Positions 49,159 to 60,336 of a DNA stretch of 64,000 bases are shown here, piece after piece (position 1 is the stretch's first letter; every line of letters starts with the position of its first letter). This stretch comes from Lytechinus pictus (Eukaryota). The notes under the pieces were generated by a model, which searched no databases, was not told where the DNA came from, and saw nothing but the letters and a program-made list of their open reading frames with translations. The translations under genes and the position numbers were made by a program. Location of the stretch: positions 14,262,001 through 14,326,000 of the forward strand of contig NC_087250.1 of assembly GCF_037042905.1 (NCBI RefSeq), given 5' to 3'.

Positions 49159-51223
49159 CACAACAAAAAAAGTAAGTCCCCCCTAAATCAAATTGTTGTA
49201 ACTTTTGAACGGAGTTATTTTGAGATATGATATTTCGTAGGAGGTTTTCTACACTCATTAAGCAACTCCTGGGGAAAAATGAAAGTGATCGGTTGAGTCA
49301 TGCATGAGTAATTAAAGATTGAATTAAAAATGACCATTTTTGAAAGTCACAAGAGTCGTTTTTCAGATTGTGGAAATACAAAGTTGGGCAAAAGTCGTTT
49401 TTAGGTGAATTTTATGGTGTTATGCTGTTTTACTATCCATCATTTAGCCACTCCACACACAATTTTGATATCGCATGTTCATGGTTGAGTGAGCACAATA
49501 TCGCAGGGGCCGCGGAAGCGGGTTGGGGGCCCACTTTTTTCCAAAAGCATGTACAAAAATGTAAAAATGACCATACGATTGTGATTTTTTGCATGGTCAG
49601 CCCCCCCCCCCCCCACTTTGCCGGCTCAGCCCCTCCCCCCACACTTTTAAAACCGTTCCGCGGCCCCTGTATTGTGATGTATCATCATAGGGGTTTTTGG
49701 TAGTATCCTCTACAACTTGTTAGGTCATATTAGAATTTGAAAATGTTGGTGGCTCCCCCGATTATAGGCCCCTCCCCCATTTTTAAATTATGGATCCACC
49801 ACTGATTTGTCCATAGATTAAACTGATCATGAGAAATTGTTAGGAAAAGAATACATTTATGCAGTATAAAGAGTATTCATTCCTAAGTTTTCGAATGTGC
49901 TCGCTCAACCATGAAAATGATAAAAGTTCAGAAAGTGTGTGGTGATAGAAACAGCAATTAAAGTCACATTTGAAACCGAATTTGCCCCCAATATTCACCT
50001 TATTACCCTTTAAAATGAGTCTGTGACATTGAAAATACCAATTTTCCCACTTTGATGCGTGCTCACTCATCCGTAAATAAACAAATCGATTTCATTTTTG
50101 CACAGAATTCTGCCCATAGGTTGATAAACATTACTGCCAAATGACATTGCTAAAGACAGCCTTGAAAAAAAGTTCCACCATATTGAAAAAGGGGTTACTT
50201 ATTCTTAAACATATGCACCCATAATGTACACAAGTCTATGAGAGAGGAAGTCAAAATTTTAACAAATATGAAATGAGGGTTTGTTTCATGGACGGTTTGT
50301 GTTACTTCTGCCAACAGTTATTTCATGAAACTTCGCACATGGCTTCAGAGTAACACTATCCAAAAGGCGCGCACACCAAAATAACAATTCGATACGGCAC
50401 AGAGTGGGGCCAAGGCCTTGAACTTTCTTCTCATTTGCATAATTTTCGAATATTGTGTGCTCACTGATGCATTAAACATCGGGATTTTCATAAAAATCAA
50501 ATCAAATGAACCATGCAAGGAGGTTTGTGACAGATATCCATAGTTACAAATTGCATTTTTTCCAATAACGTAAAACAGAGCTTATCACATTCCACATGGT
50601 CATTCAAGCGTGAATGTTTAATTAAACACCTTTGAATCATTGAAGCATGTTAATTGGTCATAAACATAACGAAAAAGTTGATAAAAGATCAGTTTCAGTT
50701 ACCAAAATGAAACAATATTTGCCTATGATATTTGAAAATCGTATTTTTTGTTTTCAATAAATGTTCATTGAACCGTGAAACGATGAATATTGTTGAAGAT
50801 GCTCTTCCCAAAAATAACTGTCATCATATTCTTTTATTTTTATTGATGAAAATGTGTAAAAAATCAAATTATAGCAAATTTGGACTTGTGTTTATTCAAC
50901 CGTGAAATTTAGCCAAAAAAATTGTATCGTCTTTTAGAAAGTACCTTTTACAAGCCTTCTTTCTGTTTTTCATGATGAGAATGTGGAATCAGTTCCAATA
51001 AAATGGAATCAAGTCGTGATTTTTGGCTTGTGACTTTTGAAAAGTGACATTTTTGCCTTCTGACGGTGCTCACTGAAGCATGACGTAAAATACATCCATA
51101 ACATTTACTTAGAGGGTAGCTTATAAAATTACCTACACGCTCATGTAAAAATATATCAAAAACTCGCATTGGTTCGGAAATTATTGATGTTTGTTCAAGG
51201 GGGGACTTACTTTTTTTGTTGTG
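49159..51223. mobile_element. 2.06-kb non-autonomous DNA transposon (TA TSD, CAC...GTG ends; Tc1/mariner- or CMC-like)
   Basis: TA-CACAACAAAAAAAGTAAGTCCCCCCT ... AGGGGGGACTTACTTTTTTTGTTGTG-TA; contains a small element caggggccgcggaa...ttccgcggcccctg at 49504-49669. Confidence 0.9.
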
Positions 51224-51724
51224 TATAGATAGAAGATAGATACAGAGAGAAAGACAGAAAGATGGATAGATTGATAGAGAGAGGGGGAGAGAGAGATAGA
51301 GAATTTGAGAGATAGATAGATGTTAGATAGATAAAGAATGAGAGAGACAGAGAAGAGCGACAAATTAACAGATCGATAGATACTGCAGTTACATATAGAT
51401 AGAAGATAGATAGATAGATTGATAGAGTGAGAGAGAACTAGAGAAAGACAGATGGATAGATAGAGAGAGAGAGAGACAGAGAAGATTAATAGATAGATAC
51501 TGTAGTTACATAGATAGACAGATAGATAGATAGATATATAATTTGAGAGATAGATACATAGACGGATAGAGAGAAAAAGACAGACAGATGGATAGATAGA
51601 TAGAGAGAGAGAATTTGAGAGACAGACAGACAGATGGATAGAGAGAATTCGAGAGATAGATAGACGGATAGAGAGAAACAGAGAGAGAGAAAAAGACAGA
51701 CAGATGGATAGATAGAGAGAATCT

Positions 51725-51783
<59 letters not shown>

Positions 51784-51970
51784 TGGATTTTATTGCAATA
51801 AAAACTATCAAAATACAATCACAAGCAGTCAAAGACTGAAATAAGTGAATGTTTACATACAAATAGAATCATAACAAAATATAAAGTAAACATTATAAAT
51901 AAATATCAAATACAATACAAATTCATACAGATAAAAAAGAAATGTATCGTAAATAAATACAAAAGGCCAA

Positions 51971-52225
51971 CATGGGTCGGCCTAATTATTAATGGGTCGG
52001 CCTAATTATTAATGGGTCGGCCTAATTATAATGGGTCGGCCTAATTGTAAGGATTTTTTTCCTTTTTGGCTGCCACCCCTCAGTATGATTCTGAATCATA
52101 ATGCAATTTTTAGACTGTCTTTTACACTGATTTGTAATACATGTATTTTAACTTTGTATTATATTTGTTTTTTATGTAAAGGTTTTACTGAGAGAATAAA
52201 ACAATTTGAAACAATTTGAAATTTG
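51971..52225 (+). mobile_element. 5'-truncated LINE tail inserted in the foldback right arm
   Basis: Absent from the left arm at ~36475; ends AATAAA + (TTTGAA)-type tail; starts with four ~21-bp tandem repeats. Confidence 0.65.
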
Positions 52226-52990
52226 AAAGTAAAGTGTCACCAAAGAAGAAAAAAGCGAAATGAAAGATTAAGAAGAAAGAGGTGAGAGAAGGGAAAGAAA
52301 TTGGGATAACAAAGAGAAGGGAAAGCAAGAGGTGGAATTTGAAAGAGAATAGGAGGCAACCTTCAGAAGAAAAAACTCATCTGCTCATTATGCAATACAA
52401 GACATTTAACAATGGTAACAAGTAAATAAAGTAGTAATTGAATCGAATCGAGCACAAAAAAGGGAAAAGTAGAGCTGAGGAAATAGACTCCCGAAGGAAG
52501 TCGAAGCAGTGTTGATATTGCACATGAGTAGATTAACAGATGGATAGAGAGAAATAAAAGAGAGACAGATGGATAGAGAGAGAATTTGAGAGATAGATGT
52601 TAGATGGATAGACAGATAGATAGGTAGATAGAGAATGAGAGAGACAGAGTAGATAGACAAATTAACAGATATATATATCATGTAGTACCATAGATTGATT
52701 TATAACATAGATAGTGGATAGACAGATATGATAGATATAAGGATAGATATAATATGAAAACAAGTAATTATGTGTTTTATTTTTCAATATTTTAGCTACT
52801 ATTCATTTTCATTCATATAAACGATCATGTGCGATAAAGTAAAAAAAATCATGAAGCCAACGTATATTATAGTTTAGCGGAACAACCAAAATACAGAGAC
52901 TGAAGCTTTTGGTCTATAAGCTCAGCTGCATTTGCACGTATGTTCTGCGGATATCTTCGGTGCGGACTTTTGGATCGCGCGCCCAGCTGA

Positions 52991-53810
52991 CAATGACAAT
53001 GACAATGATTTCATTTCTTTGACGGCCCCTCCTGGGGGCATAGAAGAAATATAACAACTTACAACAATGGCAATAATAGGCATAAGAAAAAAATACCAAG
53101 GTAACAAAAAAAATAGATTAATAAAAAGAAAGAAAAAAAAAGAATCAAACATGATGATAATAAACATATGTACAATACAAGAGCAGTAATAGAAATAGAA
53201 ATAGAAACGGGCACAAATTAACCCACCCACTCCCGACATGCCAGAGAGTATCTGGAGTCCGGTACCCCACTGAGCATGTGCAGGTGCAATCCAACAAAAT
53301 CTGAAATCATGCCCTAATACGAGAAAGTAACCAAGACAGCAACTACACTTAAGATATTAAAATTTTGACATAATGAATTTACTAAATCTTGACAGATTTT
53401 TCAAGTCTTTTGTATTTCGCATATTAAACAGCTTGTGCATTTTAATCACGTTCGGTCTGACAAAATAATACCCTCTAATTAAAGCTTTCCTTTCACTTTC
53501 AAAAGCAGGACAATTAAACACATAATGAAACTCGTCACCTGGCTCATGCGAGTCACATAGAGTACAAGTTTGCAAACCTTGATTAGGCAGGTAACGACCA
53601 TTAGCAATTGGCAATCTATGATTTCCACAACGATATTTACAGAGTTCAATCCTATCTGCAAAATCTAATTTCACTAAATAGTTCTCAAACCCAAAATCTT
53701 GTTTGAATATCCTATAATTCATGCACAAACGGTTTCTATTAATTTCAGTATTCAATTCCTGTTTAGCAATATCATCCAATCTGAGACTCACAGTTGACTT
53801 AACCCACTTA
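52991..53810 (-). mobile_element. 5'-truncated LINE (RTE-X-like) 3' end
   Basis: YRIFK..FENYL..YRCGNHRLPIANGRY..CTLC..DEFHYVFNC C-terminal zinc-binding motif, stop at 53357, 3' UTR and (ATTGTC)n tail; absent from the left arm. Confidence 0.85.
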
Positions 53811-54347
53811 ACGTAAACAAACGTAGACGTAGACTCTTCACTAGTCGCTTTGTGGCTATTTTTGCGGAAAATGCCTTCGCCAGGGTGTAAAACGGAAACG
53901 CGCCTCCCGCGCGCGGGGGGGGGGCACTTCCATTCACGAGTGGATACCATGCGCGACCATGGGGTCTTGAAAAGCACCCTAAACACGTAATTTCCATATT
54001 CTGAAAATGCACCTCTTAACAAGTATTGGCGTGTGAAACCCTACCCTTAACAAGTATTGGAAACAAAACCATACTCTTGGCAAATATTCCCTGAAATGAA
54101 CCCCTAAACAAGTACATGAATGTTTTATTGTTACGGGTCCTTCGGTCGTCGGCTTTAGTCTGGTCTGTTAGCGAAATTATGTGGACACGGTGGACAAAAG
54201 CGTGATTTTTTTCTCCAGACCTTTGTTTACGTATAAGAATTAAGAATGGGGTATGCTCCAAAAAATCTGGCTGCAGGAACAGAGAAAAATGGGTGAAAAT
54301 GTCAGAATTTATGAGTTTAGATTAATTAGTCTGATATATAGACTATG

Positions 54348-55772
54348 TATTATGACTAGGAACTGAACCCCCCCCCCCCGAAAAAATAGGGGGCTGATAT
54401 ATTTTTTGAGCAGAAAATTCCCCCCCCCCCCCCCTTAAAAGGTAAGAAGAGTCCTTTGCACTTCAGACCATTCATTTGAAGTTTAATGCATTCTCATTTG
54501 ATAAAAAAAAATGTTTACGGTACCCAATTAACCATTGTTTATTTATATTCTCCTACTCAGTCTTTTATTCATATTCATATTCCGTTCCTACTCTTTCTTT
54601 TTAACTTTCACATCACTCTTGATTTTGAGCTTCACCATACCATCTCCTTCTGTTTCATCTCTCTATCCAAGTATATTTTTTCTGACATATTTTAAAGTGT
54701 ACCTTTAATCGTGCAACTAATTATAGAAATATAAATATATACAAAAATCTCTGCACTTGTTTTAGAAATTCACTTGCAAATCCATGACTCAATAACATAC
54801 CATATCAAAAATATACATATGTGCACAATAGAATTTAGCCTTATATTTTCTTTCATTTAATTTTCTTCAGTATATTTCTGTGATAGCCCCTGCTTTATAC
54901 ATCATACATCTCCCATTGTCAAAAAATGAATATTATGTTTCAGTAGCAAAATTTTTGGATGCAAACTCTGACTGTCATAAAAACAAATGCAAATAATTTT
55001 CCATTGGAGTAAAGACAAACTTATAAGGGATATGACTAGAATATAATTATATGTCGAGAAACTTTTATTTCTCTACATATAATTATATTCTAGTCATATC
55101 CCTTTCAGATGGTGGTAACAGCAGGAATGGGAAAACTCAGTGATATAATATAAAACTAAAATTTTCACAGAGGATTTTCGGAAAATAACTACATCCATTT
55201 TTGTCAAGCAACAGTTATTCCATTCTGAATGCTGCAACCTTGTTAATATGAATTTGATGTACCTTTACCAAAATATAATATCATGAGTCATTTCTTCAAT
55301 TCTTTAAACTAGAAATTAAATATTGCTAATAGTATCGACAGAGTGTAGCCAAAATGGAGTTTAAAAGATTATGAAGAAAAAAAAATAAATTTCATGGTAT
55401 TATATTTCGGTGTCGGTGTAAGCATTCAAAATGGAATAATTTTTGCTAGAAAATAATGAATTAAAATAGCAAAAAAAATGTACTTAGAAAGGGAGACAAA
55501 GAGGGGGGGGGGAAGAGAGGAAACAAAACAAGAAGGTATGGTAAAGCTCAAAAGTGCAAAGAGTGATGAAAGACAGTCAGAGTAGGAACTGAAATGAACA
55601 AAGACTGAGTAGAAGAAGATATAATAACACATTGATTAATTGGACACCGGAAACCATTTTTTTTAAAGCAGAATGTTTTAGGCTTTAAATTAATACGCTG
55701 AAGTGTAAAGGATTTTTCTCCCCCCCCCCTTTTTTTTTTTTTTGGGGGGGGGTTAAGTTCCTAGTCGTAATA
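54348..55772. repeat. Diverged foldback with a near-perfect central hairpin
   Basis: tattatgactaggaactgaacccccc / ggggggttaagttcctagtcgtaata; ctactcagtcttt / aaagactgagtag; centre hairpin 55025-55104. Confidence 0.65.
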
Positions 55773-55859
55773 ATTTCCTTTTACTCTTTATGTGGCAATT
55801 TTCTAAAGCCCCCCCCCCAAAAAAAAAAAATGGAAGGAGTGTTTTTTTTTAGTGTTTAA

Positions 55860-56441
55860 AGGGATGGTCCGGGCTGAAAATATTTATATCTTAATACATA
55901 GAGTAGAATTCACTGAGCAAAATGCCGAAAATTTCATCAAAATCGGATAACAAATAATAAAGTTATTGAAGTTTAAAGTTTATCAATATTTTGTGAAAAC
56001 AGTCGTCATGAATATTCATTAGGTGGGCTGATGATGTCACATCTCCACTTTCTGTTTTCTTATGTTATTACATAAAATAATAATTTTTTCATTATTTCAT
56101 ACTTGTGCGAATAATATGTCTCCCTTATAATGAAATCAGTTGCAGCAATAAATATCTAATGCACTAAATCAGTTGTCAATCCAATTTTTCTAGTTCTTGG
56201 AGGAAAAAAATTGAATAAACCTAATTTCATATAATAAAATACAAAAGAACAAGTGGAGATGTGACATCATCAACCCACGTAATGAATATTCATGACGACT
56301 GTTTTCACAAAATATTGCTAAACTTTAAAATTCAATAACTTTGTTATTTGTTATCCGATTGCGATGAAATTTTCAGCATTTTGCTCAGTGAATTCTACTC
56401 TATTTATTAAGCTATAAATACTTTCAGCCTGGACCATCCCT
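55860..56441. mobile_element. Kolobok-like MITE
   Basis: TTAA-AGGGATGGTCCGGGCTG ... CAGCCTGGACCATCCCT-TTAA. Confidence 0.9.
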
Positions 56442-56581
56442 TTAAGTTCCTAATGGTCATGGCCTTTAACATTCTATATTATTATGTTGTCAGTTTTTAA
56501 GGACCTTCTCCGCCCCCCCAAAAGAACCTATAAATATTATTGAAGGTGATTAATACCCTGCGCTATTATATGACGTTATAA

Positions 56582-57165
56582 AGGGGTATCCAACCCAAAT
56601 AAACACTTGTTTTAGAGGAAAATGAAAAATCAGACACGTTTACAGGTCAAAGTTTGAACAATATCGGACAAACCATAAGAAAGTTGTGAATATATAAAAG
56701 TTGTCAACATTGGTAATCACTATACCTATGAAGACTTTAAATTGACCGCATATGTGATGTCATAGTGATGTAAGGCAAGGACCACTCTTCCATGTACTGG
56801 AATAATTAATTGGCTAAAATCTCTTTTTTTTCAAAAGTTTTACTTCAAATTATATCTCGCTCATGAGGACATTATACTACCGGGTTTATATTACAGCCCC
56901 AATGGAATAGGGATTTAGGAGAAAACCAAAAATCCTAATAATTAAGTACTAGTCTTATGGGAAAGTTGTCCTTGCGGCCTCACCCCTTGTCATAATTTAC
57001 TTACCCAGTTGCCAATTTGAATTCTACATACTAGTAGCCTTAGGGATCTTAATTTTAAAGCAGCCATAACTTTATTTTGCTTGTCCGATTTCTTTCAAAC
57101 TTTCACCATTCTTATTTTTCTCCTTTTCCAGGCACACAACATTATGACCAAGGCTGGATTCCCTT
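56582..57165 (-). mobile_element. Kolobok-like MITE (inverted copy of the 59636 family)
   Basis: aggggtatccaacccaaataaa ... ggctggattccct; body is the reverse complement of 59636-60228. Confidence 0.8.
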
Positions 57166-57189
57166 TTACCACTGAATATGAATCTTTAC

Positions 57190-57790
57190 ACAAAATGAAT
57201 ATTTGTGTCAACTTTTATGAGCACAGGCTGAAAACTGAGAAGTAGATTGATCCACAATGAGTTTTCCCCATATTTCTGGCTATATGTGGTTACCAAGGCA
57301 ATGCACTCTCTGACAAATGCAAAAAAAAAAGGTTCTTGCACATCTTTACCTCAAGGCCAATGTGTGAGCCATAATTATTTCATGAGAATTGTTTCAAAAC
57401 AAAAAAACTGAAGAAGTAGTTCAAATGCAAGGTTTTTACCTAAATTTTGCCATATGATATGTTGTTCCCATGGCAACACAATTTCTGAAACACACACAAA
57501 AAGTGCCTTGTACATCTTTACTTCAATACCAATGTGTGTGCCAAATTTCATGAGAATTGATAGAAAACTGATGAAGCAGTTTGAATTGTAAGTTTTTTTT
57601 CCCAATTTTCACCAAATGATATGTTGTAACCATGGCAACAAGATTTCTGACAGACACACAAATATGTGTCTTAGACATCTTCACCTCAAGACCAATGTGT
57701 GCGCCAATTTCATGAGAATCGGATGAAAACAGAGGAAGTAATTCTAACTGCAAGATTTTTACCTTATTTTTGCCATAATACAGTTACACC
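57190..57790 (+). repeat. Tandem ~165-bp units (ccaatgtgtgtgccaaatttcatgagaat ... ccatggcaac)
   Basis: Three to four diverged units at ~57200, 57357, 57529 and 57692. Confidence 0.7.
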
Positions 57791-58649
57791 ACGACCAAAA
57801 TATGTACATACACACCAACATTCAACCCCCTCCACCGCCACCCTTGGGCTTGGTTATCATCTGCATTCAGATATTTGGTGCATTGAGATGCGAGGACAAA
57901 CAGAAGATCTGTTCAAAAAGGGTCTGAATTCAAGAACAAATCCAAGTCAAAATAATGCACTGCTGTTGAGTTTTGCACTAGCGCTAGTCTATATATCAGA
58001 CTAATTAATCTAAACTCATAAATTCTGACATTTTCACCCATTTTTTCACTGTTCCTGCAGCCAGATTTTTTGGAGCATACCCCATTTTTAATTCTTATAC
58101 ATGAACAAAGGTCTAGAGAAAAAATCATGCTTTTGTCCACCGTGTCCACAAGTAGGGCATTTTTTACGCTAACAGACCGGACTACTTTACCTTATTTGGT
58201 GTAGTACAACCCAACCTTCTACACCTCGCGCAAATTGGACTCTAAACACGAAGGACATCCTTTATAAAACATTTTAATTTTGTTTTATCATCCCCGCAAA
58301 TTCGACCCTAAACACGTAATTGCCCTAGCGAAATAGACACCCTTTTTTCATTATTTTTGTGTTTTTGACACCCTTATCACGTTACGTACGTAACGTGCCC
58401 TATCGTGAAAAAGACATCCTTTTTACGTGTTTTTTTGGTCGCGCATGGTATCCACTCATCAATGTAAGTGGCCCCCCCAGGTATACAGCACTTTTCCCAT
58501 AACAGCTCAAACCGCTTTATTGCATATCATTACCCCGGTCATTGGATTAATTTCAATCCCACGTGAAAAGTGCACGATTTCCTTTCACTGGAGGGCATTC
58601 CTTGCCTTCATCGCAGCCTCATAATGGCGCTGGCAAATTCAAACATACA

Positions 58650-58870
58650 ATAATTTCCTTCAGCAAGAAATTTATCCTCGTTGTGCTGCACTCAACCCAG
58701 GTGAGGTGAATGAGGAACCCGGTAGGAAGAAATTATTTGAATGCTTGGGCCCCTAGGCAGCCCAGGTAAAGGCAGCCGGAGTAATAATAATAGCAGGGCT
58801 CACTGTGAGAACAGTTTCAGAACTGAAGTCGCTTCTCTGGGTAAATATACCTGTATTATTATTATTATAA
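58650..58870 (+). mobile_element. 5'-truncated SINE related to 10563-10853
   Basis: taatttccttcagcaagaaa...gtgctgcactcaacccaggtgaggt, ending (TAT)n. Confidence 0.7.
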
Positions 58871-59635
58871 ATTTTGCATCCTATCAGGTACGGGTCATTC
58901 CATGCCAATTCACCCAATGAATGTGCAATTTTGCACCCTACCCTCTCGGAATTCGTTGTAAATTGGTACACATAAAATTCACAATGGCCCACGCACAAAA
59001 CAAAACAAAAATAATTCCAATTGGTCCGTCGGTTCTCGCGCTACGGCCCGCCCTTTTCTCCTTGTTTTGACAAAAATGGGCGTGACCTTCAACTTCCAAT
59101 GGCCACTGCGTCGTAACATGTTCACCAATTTTCATGAAACTGGTACCATTTATTAGGAAATTTAGAGAGGAATCCAAAACATGCATCAAATAATGTATTG
59201 GAGCGATTTATAAGGTCGTGACCTTTGACCTTTACTTTTGACCTTGAGTTTGACCCCCGGACAAATAATTTTTTAACTTGATTTTCTTGTATGTCAATTA
59301 TTAGTATGATATTGACAAAATATGTTAAAATCAATGATGATATTTTATTTCTTCACCTTTTAGAACTCTTCCAAAGATACCATGAAATTTCACTCTAGTC
59401 CTACATACTGATATTCATGTTAGTAAAAGTGTTTACCAGTTACATGATTTCTTCCAATCTTAAGTTACAGTATGCATGCACATGAAAGGAAATTAAGCTC
59501 ATCAGTTCACAAATGAAACATGAAACATTAATGCTCATGAATAGGTATCTGTTTAGGCATTTTGATGTTCAGCAATATATATCATATATATATATATTCT
59601 TGTTAGTAAAGTGTTTACTTTTATGGGAGCCTTAA

Positions 59636-60228
59636 AGGGGAATCCAGCCTCGGCCATAAAATGTTGTGTTGGGAAGGAGAAAAATAGATTAAACAGAATG
59701 GTGAAAGTTTGAAAGAAATCGGACAAGCTATAAGAAAGTTATAGCTGCTTTAAAATTGAGATCACTAATACTATGTAGATTTCAAATTGGCAACTGGGTA
59801 AGTAAAATATGACAAGGGGCAAGGACAACTTTCCCATAGGCCATGTACTTTATTATCAGGGATTTGTGGTTTTCTCCTAAGTACCCATTCACCTGGGGCA
59901 GTAATCTAAATATAACCCAGGTAGTATATTGTTTTTATGTCCTCATGAAAGAAAAATATAATTTGAAATAAAACTTTTAGGAAAAATGACATTTTAGCCA
60001 TATGTATTGGAGTACATGGAAGAGTAGTCCTTGCCTTACATCACTATGACATCCCATATGCGGCTAATTTGAAGTCTCCATGGGTATAGTGATTACCAAT
60101 ATTTACAACTTTTAAAAATTCATAACTTTCTTGTTGTTTGTCCAATATTGTTCAAACTTTCACCTATCAACTTGTCTGATTTTTCTTTTCCTTATAAAAA
60201 CAAGTTTTTATTTGGGTTGGATTCCCCT
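59636..60228 (+). mobile_element. Kolobok-like MITE just downstream of the ZNF stop codon
   Basis: TTAA-AGGGGAATCCAGCC ... GGTTGGATTCCCCT-TTAA. Confidence 0.9.
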
Positions 60229-60336
60229 TTAAATAGGCATATACTCAACAATTTGATGATAAAAGTAAACACCTGTGTTGATTTTTTTTATGCTTTGTGA
60301 GATGGTGGGGTCGATTGGATTATTTTACCACATTGA

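Larger units (their letters stand above)
35605..53909. repeat. Giant foldback (inverted repeat) with ~3.1-kb arms and a 47-bp spacer
   Basis: Left arm 35605-38714 is the reverse complement of 38762-40127 + 48786-49158 + 51224-51970 + ~52226-52990 + ~53811-53909. Both the unique segments and the (TATC)n/(GATA)n blocks mirror each other. Confidence 0.9.
54156..58184. mobile_element. Academ-like non-autonomous element with ~190-bp TIRs
   Basis: TAGTCTGGTCTGTTAGCG ... CGCTAACAGACCGGACTA; TAG...CTA termini; 3-bp TSD CTT. Confidence 0.75.
53912..58481. mobile_element. Non-autonomous TIR element hosting an Academ-like insertion
   Basis: GGGGGGCACTTCCATTCACGAGTGGATACCATGCGCGACCA ... TGGTCGCGCATGGTATCCACTCATCAATGTAAGTGGCCCCCCC; internal accctaaacacg repeats on both sides. 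Confidence 0.8.

Noticed and set aside
53357..54022. 221-aa minus-strand ORF as a gene
   Set aside because: Chimeric: the N-terminus comes from a TIR element and the foldback arm, and only the part below ~53810 is LINE ORF2. The start codon is TTG.
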